NCBI GenBank assembly: GCA_964434945.1
Contig: CAYSWZ010000221.1
Location: forward strand, 4,485 to 68,484
From: an uncultured bacterium
Lineage (GTDB): Bacteria; Eisenbacteria; RBG-16-71-46
Direction: 5' to 3'
Length of the DNA stretch: 64,000 nt
How positions within the stretch are numbered: the stretch's first letter is position 1; the number at the start of each line of letters is the position of its first letter. Both the position numbers and the translations under genes were made by a program. Shown here one piece after another: positions 8,770 to 18,691 of this stretch. A model generated the notes under the pieces. That model made no database searches, was not told where the DNA came from, and saw only the letters and a program-made list of their open reading frames with translations.

Positions 8770-9779
8770 TCCGGCGCCTCGCCCTCGTCCAGGCCGCGGC
8801 CGACGATCGCGATGAACGCGTCCTCGAGGCTCGTCTCGCGCGTGGAGACGCCGCGCACGGCGACGCCGCGGTTCTCGAGCGTACGCAGCAGCAGCGGAAG
8901 TCGGCCGCCGTCCGCGAGGCGGAGCTTCATCGTGTGCGTGCCGCGCTCGGGGTGCGGCGCGCCCCAGGTGACGGGAACGCCGTCCACCTCGGCGAGACCG
9001 TCCGGGACGCCGAGCACCTCCAACTCCACGTGCTGGCCGCCCTCCACCGAGCGCCGGAGCGCGGCAGGCGTGTCGCACGCGAGCACGCGGCCACGGTCGA
9101 TGATGGCGATGCGGTCGCACATCTGGTCCGCCTCGGCCATGTAGTGCGTGGTCAGGAGCACCGTGCGCCCGGGGCGTTCGCGCACCCAATCCAGCACGAA
9201 CACGCGCAGCATGCGCGCCGCGTTCACGTCCATCCCGAGCGTGGGCTCGTCCAGGAACAGGATCTCGGGATCGCTCACGAACCCGCGCGCGAAGTTCATG
9301 CGCTGGCGCTGGCCGGTGGAGAGCCGGTTGATACGCGTGCTGGCGAGATCCCCGAGCCCGAACGCGGTGATGAGCTGGTCGACGCGCGATCCGGCCTCGG
9401 CCCGCGGCACGCCGTAGAACTGCGAGAACATCCACAGGCACTCGCGCACGTTGAGGATGCCGTAGCCCGAGCTCTCGCCGCCCGAGACGAGCGCGATCCG
9501 GCGCCGGACCTCGCCGGCGTCGCGCACCACGTCGTACCCGGCAACCCACGCGTCACCCGAGGTGGGATAGAGAAGTGTGTTCAGGATCTTGATGAGCGTG
9601 GTCTTTCCCGCGCCGTTCGGGCCCAGGAGGCCGAACACCTCGCCGCGCTCGATCCTGATGTCGATGCCGTCGAGCGCCACGACTTGGGGGGAACCACGCG
9701 AGCGCTTGAACACGCGCCTGAGCGCGCGCGTCTCGACCGCAGGCGGTGTGAAGCCCGGTGAAGGAACGTTGGACGGCAT
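8766..9779 (-). CDS. ABC transporter ATP-binding protein
   Basis: Walker A GPNGAGKT, signature LSTGQRQR, Walker B ILFLDEPT, H-loop TTHYM. ATG 9779 gives MPSNVPS.... Confidence 0.93.
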   Translation of the reverse strand: MPSNVPSPGFTPPAVETRALRRVFKRSRGSPQVVALDGIDIRIERGEVFGLLGPNGAGKTTLIKILNTLLYPTSGDAWVAGYDVVRDAGEVRRRIALVSGGESSGYGILNVRECLWMFSQFYGVPRAEAGSRVDQLITAFGLGDLASTRINRLSTGQRQRMNFARGFVSDPEILFLDEPTLGMDVNAARMLRVFVLDWVRERPGRTVLLTTHYMAEADQMCDRIAIIDRGRVLACDTPAALRRSVEGGQHVELEVLGVPDGLAEVDGVPVTWGAPHPERGTHTMKLRLADGGRLPLLLRTLENRGVAVRGVSTRETSLEDAFIAIVGRGLDEGEAPE

Positions 9780-9919
9780 GGCCGCACCGTAGGGAGCCGC
9801 GCCCGGCCGTGTCAAAGATGCGGCAGGGCGCGGCGTGCGGGGGCCGCGGGCCGGGCCCGCGACTCCCGTCTCACGTGCGTGCGGTCAGATCACCCCGCGC
9901 TCCGGGGCGGCTCGTGCCG

Positions 9920-12160
9920 TCACCTCGCGTCGCGCAGAAGTGCGGCGCGCGTCGAGAGCACGCTGCCGTCCACCGTGAGGCGGACGAAGTAGACACCGTC
10001 GCGGGCTCCCGCGCCGTCCCACGTGAAGTCGCGCCGGCCGGCCGAGAGCCGGCCATGCACGAGCGTCGTGACCCGGCGGCCCGCGAGGTCGTGCACGGTG
10101 AGGTCCACGTCGGCATCCCGCGGGAGGCTGACCGTGAACGTGGTGCTGTGCGTGAACGGGTTCGGCCGCGCCGGCGTGAGCTCGACCACGGTCACCGGCG
10201 CCGTGGCCGAGAGCGAGGCGCTCGGAAGCGCGCCGGCGGGCGCGAGCGCGGCGCCGTTCGACGACGTCAGGTCGGCGTCCTCCACGCTCAACGTGCCGCT
10301 CTGCTCCGCGCCGGAGATCGGCACCGCGCGCAACTCGTACACCAGCTCGTCCGCCGCGACATCGGAAAGTCGGAGCGCGCCCACGCGCAGCAGTCCGGCC
10401 TCGCTGCCGTCCGCGAGCGGCAGCCAGCCGGCCGGAGCGCCCGGGTCGCCGCTGCCGGGCGGGGTCAGCTGCCAGCGGTCGGCCGGGTAGCGCACGCGCA
10501 GCAGCGCCGCGCCGAGCGCGCCCGCGCCGCGCACGTGGAGCACCACGCGAACCGCGTCGCCGTCTCGGACGAGCGGGTCCAGGCTCACGCTCAACCCGGG
10601 TTGGACGTGCGTGCTGTCGTGCGAGATCCCCGGCCCGTGCAGGATCTCGCGCGCGCAGCAGAACAAGTCGGGGATCCCGAACGTGCCGTCGCCGTCGCAG
10701 TCGAAGCACGCGACATTGCCGGTGCTGTCGCTGGCCGTATTGCGCAGGCAGCGCGCCATGAGCACGAGGTCGCGCACGTCCAGGTGTCCGTCGCCGTTCA
10801 CGTCGCAGCCCTGGGCGGCGCGGTCGATGCAGAGCGGCAATGCGGGAGGCACCAGGGCCGGCTCGGGGCAGAACGGGACCTGCTCGCCATTCGGGCCCGA
10901 GGCGACCTCGATCTGGCCGCGGAGGGTCCCCGACGGCGTGCCCGACGGGGTGGCCGAGGGGACGACCGAGTCCGCCACGACCGTGACCCGCAACAGGTCG
11001 GAGACACCGGCGGGAACGACGTCGGGACTCGTCCCGAAGATCACGAATCTCGACCGCTGGCCGTCCTGCCGCCAGGACACGTGCACGCCCGCCGCGGCCC
11101 CGGCGTACTGGATGTCCACCACCTGGAAGGGCCGGAATGTCGCGACATACCCTTCGACGCCGGAGATCCCCAGCCCTTGCAGGTCGCTCCGCACCGGCAC
11201 CAGCACGTCGCCGCGGCCTCCCGGCGGCACGCGCAGCGCGCAATCGGGTAGAGGCGTTCCGAGCGGCGGCAGTGGCGAGTGCAGGCACCCGACGGTCGTG
11301 CTGTCGCAGACACGCGGCACCTCGAACGTGAGATCGGTCCGGTAGGTGATCGTCGTGTCCGCCCCGGCCTCGCGGAGCACGTGGACGTCCGTCAGCGCGG
11401 TGAGCGAGAAAGACCCGGCCGCGAACCGGCCGAGGCCCAGTGAGAGCGTCTCGGGCCGGCAGACCAGCTCCAGGCACCGCGGTCGCCACTCGACGCTGGC
11501 AAGGAATCCACGGGCCGGGTCCATGGCAAGTCCCGTCAGGTGCACGCACGGCGGGCAGCCGTTCGTCAGGAGCTGCAGGCTCAGCGAGTCACCCGGGCAC
11601 CTCCGTTCGGGCACGATGCGCAGCGTGGTCAGCGTGCGCGCGAGCGAATCGAGCGGTGGCGGCTCCACGCCGCAGGACGGAAGCACCTCGTAGGTGATGA
11701 GTCGCGTCGCCAGGTGCGACGTCACCGTCGTGTCCGGGCATGAACGCCCCGTTTCGTTCAGCAGGAGTGACTGCGGGCCGATGGGCTGGGCGGCCAGGTC
11801 GATACTGGCCTCGAATGGCTTGAGCAAGTCCGGGCACGCATGACCGCACGTGTCCACCACGAAATCGGCGGAGACGACGGGGTGGAGTTCGACCACCGGG
11901 AGCTCCCGCAGGCCGCGGAACGTCACGCAACCCGGCACCACTCCCGTCACGGTGACCCGGACGGGCTCGCCGGGGCAGACGCGCGGAGCGCAGGTGTCGC
12001 ACGGCGGCGTACCGACCGTGATGTGCTGGATGTAGAGGATCGGGTCGGTGGCCGGAACGACCGGCACGATCTGCGCGAGCGCCGCGGAAGCCGACAACGC
12101 GGTCAGCAGCATCGCCGGAAACGCGATGCGACCGGACAGGAAGAGCTTGTCGATGCGCAT
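9920..12160 (-). CDS. Exported Cys-rich protein with dockerin-like Ca-binding repeats and a FlgD-Ig/T9SS-like C-terminal tail
   Basis: Signal peptide MRIDKLFLSGRIAFPAMLLTALSASAALAQ. About 30 Cys in the N-terminal 500 aa. DVNGDGHLDVRD and DCDGDGTFGIPD loops lie at about 10630..10800. C-terminal tail: PNPFTHSTTFTVSLPRDADVDLTVHDLAGRRVTTLV...GVYFVRLTVDG. Confidence 0.8.
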   Translation of the reverse strand: MRIDKLFLSGRIAFPAMLLTALSASAALAQIVPVVPATDPILYIQHITVGTPPCDTCAPRVCPGEPVRVTVTGVVPGCVTFRGLRELPVVELHPVVSADFVVDTCGHACPDLLKPFEASIDLAAQPIGPQSLLLNETGRSCPDTTVTSHLATRLITYEVLPSCGVEPPPLDSLARTLTTLRIVPERRCPGDSLSLQLLTNGCPPCVHLTGLAMDPARGFLASVEWRPRCLELVCRPETLSLGLGRFAAGSFSLTALTDVHVLREAGADTTITYRTDLTFEVPRVCDSTTVGCLHSPLPPLGTPLPDCALRVPPGGRGDVLVPVRSDLQGLGISGVEGYVATFRPFQVVDIQYAGAAAGVHVSWRQDGQRSRFVIFGTSPDVVPAGVSDLLRVTVVADSVVPSATPSGTPSGTLRGQIEVASGPNGEQVPFCPEPALVPPALPLCIDRAAQGCDVNGDGHLDVRDLVLMARCLRNTASDSTGNVACFDCDGDGTFGIPDLFCCAREILHGPGISHDSTHVQPGLSVSLDPLVRDGDAVRVVLHVRGAGALGAALLRVRYPADRWQLTPPGSGDPGAPAGWLPLADGSEAGLLRVGALRLSDVAADELVYELRAVPISGAEQSGTLSVEDADLTSSNGAALAPAGALPSASLSATAPVTVVELTPARPNPFTHSTTFTVSLPRDADVDLTVHDLAGRRVTTLVHGRLSAGRRDFTWDGAGARDGVYFVRLTVDGSVLSTRAALLRDAR

Positions 12161-12311
12161 GGTGGGACCCTTTGCGGCGTGGCCCGGTCGATTCAGTTGG
12201 GATGAGGTTCCGCCGCCGGCGGGGCGCGGTCAAGAACTGTTTCGGGCTTCTCGAATACTACTTCCGCTCCCCCTCCGCGGCCGGCCGTGCCCCCGGCCGG
12301 CGCCCCGCCAC

Positions 12312-13216
12312 CTACCCGGCCGGCTTCCTCGCCACCAGCACGGCCCTGTCCCCGAGGATGTTGAACGAGCGCGTGAGCGGCAGGTTGACGCTGTCGAGGA
12401 CCCGCATGGCCAGTGCCTGTACGGCGCTCTTCCTCCCGTGCAGCCGGCCGGGCGGGATCTTGCTCTGCTCGATCGAGCGCACCTCCAGCCCCGCCGCACG
12501 CGCGAGGCGCGCGAGCGACGCGGGCCGGAACTCCCACAGGTGATAGGGCGGCTCCCTGAGCACGATGCTCCCGCCGAACATTCCATAGAGCGCCAGTCCG
12601 GCCCGGCGGGCGAGCGAGTGCGTGGTGATCGGCCCGCGGACCACGGCGTGCCCGCCGGGGGCCAGAACGCGGGCGACCTCGGCGAGCGTGGCGCGGCAGT
12701 CCGGCACGTGCTCGAGCACATCTCCCATGTACACGACGTCGAACGAGCCCCCTGGGAGCGCGGCACCTTCGAGAGTTCCCTGCCGCACGTCGAGCCCGAG
12801 CGCGCGGGCGTGCGCCACGGCGTCGGGCGAGAGTTCGACGCCCGTCGTCCGCCAGCCACGCTCGTGCGCGCGCTTGAGCAGCAGTCCCGTCGCGCAGCCG
12901 ACCTCCAAGAGCCGCCCTTCAGCGCGCCAGGCCTCGAACCGGTCCAGAAGCCCGTCGTTCTCGGCTCGAAACGCCGCCTCGTCGGTGGCGCCGGCGTCGC
13001 TCCGGCCGCAGCGAAAGTCCTGCTCGAAGTACTCGGCGGAGTACATGCGCGCGAGTGTCGCACCCGCGGGCTGTATGCGAAGAAACAACATGCCGCAGTC
13101 GCGACAACGTGCCGCCGGGAAGCTCGTGCCCAGCCAGTCGTAGCGCATCGCGACGCGCGCGAGCCGCTTCGAGCCGCACGCCAGGCACTGGTCGAGCGCG
13201 CGCGTCTCGGGCGCGC

Positions 13217-13220
<4 letters not shown>
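12312..13220 (-). CDS. Class I SAM-dependent methyltransferase with an N-terminal zinc ribbon
   Basis: CLACGS...CRDCG ribbon. SAM motif I LLEVGCATG, then DVVYMGDVLEHV. The ATG overlaps the mnmA stop (ATGA at 13217..13220). Confidence 0.88.
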
Positions 13221-14349
<1,129 letters not shown>

Positions 14350-14353
<4 letters not shown>

Positions 14354-15507
14354 GCCGTCGCCCCGGCCGCCGCGCGCACGGCGCGCACCGACTCGCCCAC
14401 GATCGCCGCCGCGCGCTCCACGTCCGCCGCGGTCGTGGTGCGTCCGAGCGAGAACCGGAGCGCGCAGATCGCCAGCTCCCGCGGCACCGCCATCGCAGCG
14501 AGAACCGGCGAGGGCTCCACGCCGCCGCTCGCGCACGCCGCGCCGGCCGAGGCCGCGAGCCCGCGCGCGTCGAGCGCCAGCAGCATGTGGTCGGAGCGCG
14601 CACCCGGGAACGAGGCGTTGACCGTGTTCGGCAGCCGCGGAGCCCCCGCGCCGTGCACGACCAGGTCGGGCACCGCGGCTCTCAAGAGCCCCTCGAACTG
14701 CTTCCGCAACGCGAGCAGCCGCGTGCCCTCCGCCGCCAGCTCGCGCGCCGCCAGCTCGGCCGCCGCTCCCATGCCGATGATGCCCGGCACGTTCTCGGTG
14801 CCGCCGCGGAGCCCGTGCTCGTGCGCGCTGCCGCGGAACAGCGGCTCGAGCGGAGCGCGCTTCCGCACCACGAGCGCGCCCACGCCCTTCGGGCCGCCGA
14901 ACTTGTGGGCCGAGAACACCAGGTAGTCCACTCCGAGCGCCTCGACGTCCACCGGGACCTTGCCCGCGGCCTGTACCGCGTCACAGTGCACGCGCATGCC
15001 GCGCGCGCGGGCGCGCGCCGCCAGCGCCGCCACCGGCTGCAGGACGCCCGTCTCGTTGTTGGCGAGCATCAACGACAGCACGGTGACACCGGCCGGCAGG
15101 TCGTTCACCGAGTCGGGCAGGGTGAGGCCGTTCGCGTCGCACGGGAGCGAGGAATGCCGCCAGCCGAGGCTCTCGAGCACGTCCAACGCGCCGTGCACCG
15201 CGTGGTGCTCGATGGCCGCGCACGCCACGTGCTTCCCGCGCTCGCGCTGTGCCCACGCGCTGCCCACGATCGCCAGGTGGTCGCCCTCGGTGCCGCCCGA
15301 GACGAACACCACTTCGTTCTCAGCCGCACCGACCAGGGAAGCGGTCAACGCACGCGCGTGCTCGAGGGCGGCGCGGACGCGCTGCCCATCGCGGTGCGCG
15401 CTCGAAGGGTTCGCCCCGAGGTCGCGCAGGGCCTGCTGCATGGCCTCGGCGACCTCGGGGCGGACCGGCGTCGAGGCGTTGTGATCGAGGTAGAGGGACT
15501 CCGGCAT
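14350..15507 (-). CDS. iscS: Cysteine desulfurase (NifS/IscS family)
   Basis: LYLDHNASTP; PLP lysine context FSAHKFGGPKGVGAL; active-site loop SAGAACASG. ATG 15507. Confidence 0.92.
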
Positions 15508-15537
15508 GTGTGCGCTCCGCGCCGGGGCGGCGCTCCG

Positions 15538-16194
15538 TCACTGTCCGGACAGGAACCGCTCCAGCACGTCGATGCTCTCCTTGGCGCTCTGGGCCTCGGC
15601 CGAGGCCGGCGCCAGTTCCACGACCTTCTTCCACATGCGGATGGCGTCGCGGTAGAGGCCCGCGTCGGCGAACGCCACACCCATGGTGAAGTAGGCGCAG
15701 TGCGACTTCGGCTGCTTCGCGATCAGGTCGCGCAGCAGCGCCATGGATTCCGGGAACTTGCCCTGCGCGTAGAGCGACGTGGCCAGCCGGCAGCTCGCGA
15801 GCGAGTCCGTGGGCGCGATGGCGATGGCCTGGCGGTAGTACGACTGCGCCTCGTCCGCGCGGCTCAGGTTGTCGAGCGCCACGCCCAGGTTCACGAGCAC
15901 CTTCACGTTCTTGGGCTTGACGCGATTGGCCTTGGAGAACACCTGGGCCGCCTCGGCGTTCTTCTCGCGGTCGAGGTACATGATGCCCAGCTTGTAGAGG
16001 TTGTCGAACTTGGTGGAGTCCTTGGCCACGGCGTGCTCGAGCAGTCCGAGCGAGTCCACCGTGGCGGGCATCGCCGCCGGCTTGGCGTCGGACTTGGCAG
16101 CTTCCTTGGTTGGCTTGGCGGCATCGGCGGCATGCACGGTCGCGGCGGCGCAGACCGCGGCGAGCACCGCGACAACCGAAACGAAACGCTTCAC
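15538..16194 (-). CDS. Exported tetratricopeptide-repeat protein
   Basis: GTG 16194 preceded by GGAGGAAG. Signal peptide VKRFVSVVAVLAAVCAAATVHA. TPR-like helices (YKLGIMYLDREKNAEAAQVF..., YYRQAIAIAP...). Confidence 0.8.
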   Translation of the reverse strand: MKRFVSVVAVLAAVCAAATVHAADAAKPTKEAAKSDAKPAAMPATVDSLGLLEHAVAKDSTKFDNLYKLGIMYLDREKNAEAAQVFSKANRVKPKNVKVLVNLGVALDNLSRADEAQSYYRQAIAIAPTDSLASCRLATSLYAQGKFPESMALLRDLIAKQPKSHCAYFTMGVAFADAGLYRDAIRMWKKVVELAPASAEAQSAKESIDVLERFLSGQ

Positions 16195-16344
16195 GGGGCT
16201 TCCTCCGGCAGGTGGTAGGGATTCGCACAAAGCGCGAACGAGCATACCACGGCGGGAACGCGCGACGCACAGGCCGGCCCGCCGCGAGAGTTCAACATCG
16301 CGTCAAGCCCGCGCGGCCGCGCGGGCCGGCGGCCGCTGCGGAAA

Positions 16345-17541
16345 CTACGCCCGCACCACGGCTGCCCTGGCCAGCGCCTGCTGCAGGTCGGCCCACAGGT
16401 CGTCCACGTTCTCGATGCCTGCGGAGACGCGGACCAGTCCTTCGGGGATGCCGGCGCGTTTCCTGCCCTCGGCGCCGATCATCTTGTGCGAGGTGAACGC
16501 CGCGAGCGATGCCAGCGACTCCACGCCGCCGAGGCTCGCGGCGTGACGCACGATCTTCAACGCATTGACCACGCGCAGCGCCGCCTCCGCTCCACCCTTC
16601 ACGTCGAACCCGAGCAGCGGCCCGAACCCCTCCTTCATCTGCCTCGCGGCGATCGCGTGACTCGGGTGGGTCGGAAGCCCGGGGTAGAACACCTGCGCAA
16701 CGTCGGCGTGGCCCGCGAGCCGCTTCGCGAGCTCCAGCGCGTTCGCGTTCGCGGCGCGGATCCGGAGCGGCAGGGTCTTCAAGCTCCGCTCGAGCATGAA
16801 CGCCGTGGTCGCATCCGCGATGGGCCCGAATGCCGTGCGCGCTTCGTACACGGGACCCAGCGCCGAGCGCGAGCCGCTTGCGACACCCGCCAGCAGGTCA
16901 CTGTGGCCACCCAACGACTTGGTCGCCGAATAGAGCGACAGGTCGCAACCGAGTGCCAGCGGCTGTTGCCCGAGCGGCGAGGCGATGGTGTTGTCGCAGG
17001 TGACCACGGCGCCGCGAGCGTGGCCGAGCCTCGCGGCGGCCGAGATGTCGAAGCAGACGAGCGTGGGATTGATCGGCGACTCGAGGTGCAGCAGCCGGGT
17101 GTTGGGCCGAAACGCCGCCTCCCAGGTTTCGGGCCGGCGCGAGTCCACGAACGTGTGGTCCCAGCCGAGGCGCTCCTTGCCCCACCGGAGCAGCGCCTGC
17201 GTGCCGCCGTAGCACGGGTCCACGCACACCACGTGATCGCCCGACTTCAAGTAGCCCAGGAACGCGCTGCTGATCGCGCCCATGCCGGACGGGAAGAGGA
17301 GCGCGGTCTCCGCGCCCTCGAGCGCGGCCAGGCGTTCCTCGACCGCGTGGATCGAGGGATGGCCCTGGCGCTGGTAGAACGAACCGGCGCTGCCCGCATT
17401 CTGCGCCGCCACCATGTCGTCGAGCGATGCGAACGAGAACGTGGCGCTGTGGACGACGGGCGTGCTCATGGCGCCGGTCTCGCCGAGCTGCGGCCCGTGC
17501 ACGGCGCGGGTGTCGGGGCCGGGTTCGCGTTCAGGCTTCAC
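16345..17541 (-). CDS. Cys/Met-metabolism PLP-dependent enzyme (cystathionine gamma-synthase/lyase family)
   Basis: PLP lysine motif YSATKSLGGHSD and C-terminal ASLGGVESL...RVSAGIEN. GTG start preceded by GAGGAAG. Confidence 0.9.
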   Translation of the reverse strand: MKPEREPGPDTRAVHGPQLGETGAMSTPVVHSATFSFASLDDMVAAQNAGSAGSFYQRQGHPSIHAVEERLAALEGAETALLFPSGMGAISSAFLGYLKSGDHVVCVDPCYGGTQALLRWGKERLGWDHTFVDSRRPETWEAAFRPNTRLLHLESPINPTLVCFDISAAARLGHARGAVVTCDNTIASPLGQQPLALGCDLSLYSATKSLGGHSDLLAGVASGSRSALGPVYEARTAFGPIADATTAFMLERSLKTLPLRIRAANANALELAKRLAGHADVAQVFYPGLPTHPSHAIAARQMKEGFGPLLGFDVKGGAEAALRVVNALKIVRHAASLGGVESLASLAAFTSHKMIGAEGRKRAGIPEGLVRVSAGIENVDDLWADLQQALARAAVVRA

Positions 17542-17613
17542 GGCGGCTTCCTCGAGGGTGGCGGTGGGGCGCGGGTTTGGCTACGGTCGCATCATCTTGA
17601 GCGAGGGGAGCCC

Positions 17614-18666
17614 GTGAAGCCAGTGCGCAGTTCCAGGGTCCGCCGAATACTCTTCGTCCGACCCCGGTTCCTCGGCGACGTCTGCCTGACGCTGCCCGCC
17701 GTGGACGCCGCGCTCGCCGCCTGCCCGGGGGCGCGCGCCGCCTACGTCACCGAGGCGGGCCTCGCCCCGCTCCTGGCGGGCGATCCGCGCTTCTCGGAGG
17801 TCTTCGCAGTTCCCTCCCGGCCCGGGTTCGCGGAGACCGCCGGGCTCGTTCGGAAGCTGCGGGCGTTCGCGCCCGACGTGGCGTTCGATTTCTTCTCCAA
17901 CCCCCGCACCGCGCTGTGGACGTTCGCGTCCGGCGCGCGGGTGCGGGTCGGCTACCCGAACAAGGGCTGGCGCTCGGCGCTCTACACCCACCACGCGCGG
18001 CCGCGCGTGCTCTCGAGCGTGGCGTTTCATTGCGCGTCCGTCGCCGCGCTCGGCTGGCCGGTGCCCGCGGGCCCGGTCTCGCCCCGGCTGGTGGTGAGCG
18101 ATCCGGCTCGCGCCGAGGCGCGCACCGCGCTTCGGGGGATGCACGTGCGCGACGATGCCATGCTCGTGGGATTCCACCCCGGCGCGCGCTGGCCGACGCG
18201 GCGCTGGGCCGCCGAGCGGTACGCGGGGCTGGGGCAGCGCCTGCTGCGCGAGCACATGCGCGCCGTCGTCCTCGTGACCGCCGGCCCGGGCGAGGGCGCG
18301 GTCGCGCGTGCCGTGCTCGACTCGCTCCAGCCCGAGCGCACGCATCTCATCGAGGGCTGGCCGCTCGAGCGGTTCGTGGCGTTGCAGTCGCTGTGCCGGG
18401 CGTTCGTGTGCGGGGACACCGGGCCCGTCCACACGGCCGTCGCGGCCGGCACGCCGACGCTCGGGCTCATGAGCCGAAACCGGCCGGCGATGTTCTTCCC
18501 CTACCCCGAGGCCGACGGCCACCGTGCGTACTGGTCGCGCGTCGAGTGCTCGCCGTGCGACCGCGACGAGTGCGACGACCTTCGCTGCCTCGCACGGCTT
18601 ACCGTGGACGGTGCGTGGGAGAAGCTGAGCGCGATGCTGGCGCCCGCCGGCCTGCGCACGAGCTGA
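17614..18666 (+). CDS. Glycosyltransferase family 9 (heptosyltransferase-like)
   Basis: GTG 17614 preceded by GAGGGGAG. RRILFVRPRFLGDVCLTLPAV and CGDTGPVHTAVAAGTPTLGL are GT9 hallmarks. The track ORF 16486..18666 is over-extended antisense to the PLP gene. Confidence 0.88.
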   Translation: MKPVRSSRVRRILFVRPRFLGDVCLTLPAVDAALAACPGARAAYVTEAGLAPLLAGDPRFSEVFAVPSRPGFAETAGLVRKLRAFAPDVAFDFFSNPRTALWTFASGARVRVGYPNKGWRSALYTHHARPRVLSSVAFHCASVAALGWPVPAGPVSPRLVVSDPARAEARTALRGMHVRDDAMLVGFHPGARWPTRRWAAERYAGLGQRLLREHMRAVVLVTAGPGEGAVARAVLDSLQPERTHLIEGWPLERFVALQSLCRAFVCGDTGPVHTAVAAGTPTLGLMSRNRPAMFFPYPEADGHRAYWSRVECSPCDRDECDDLRCLARLTVDGAWEKLSAMLAPAGLRTS

Positions 18667-18668
18667 GC

Positions 18669-18684
18669 CTCGGCCGGGGCCGAG
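18669..18684. terminator. Short GC hairpin between convergent genes
   Basis: CTCGGCC-GG-GGCCGAG palindrome, 3 nt after the GT9 stop and 8 nt before the DUF2339 stop. No U-tract. Confidence 0.4.
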
Positions 18685-18691
18685 CGCGTGC

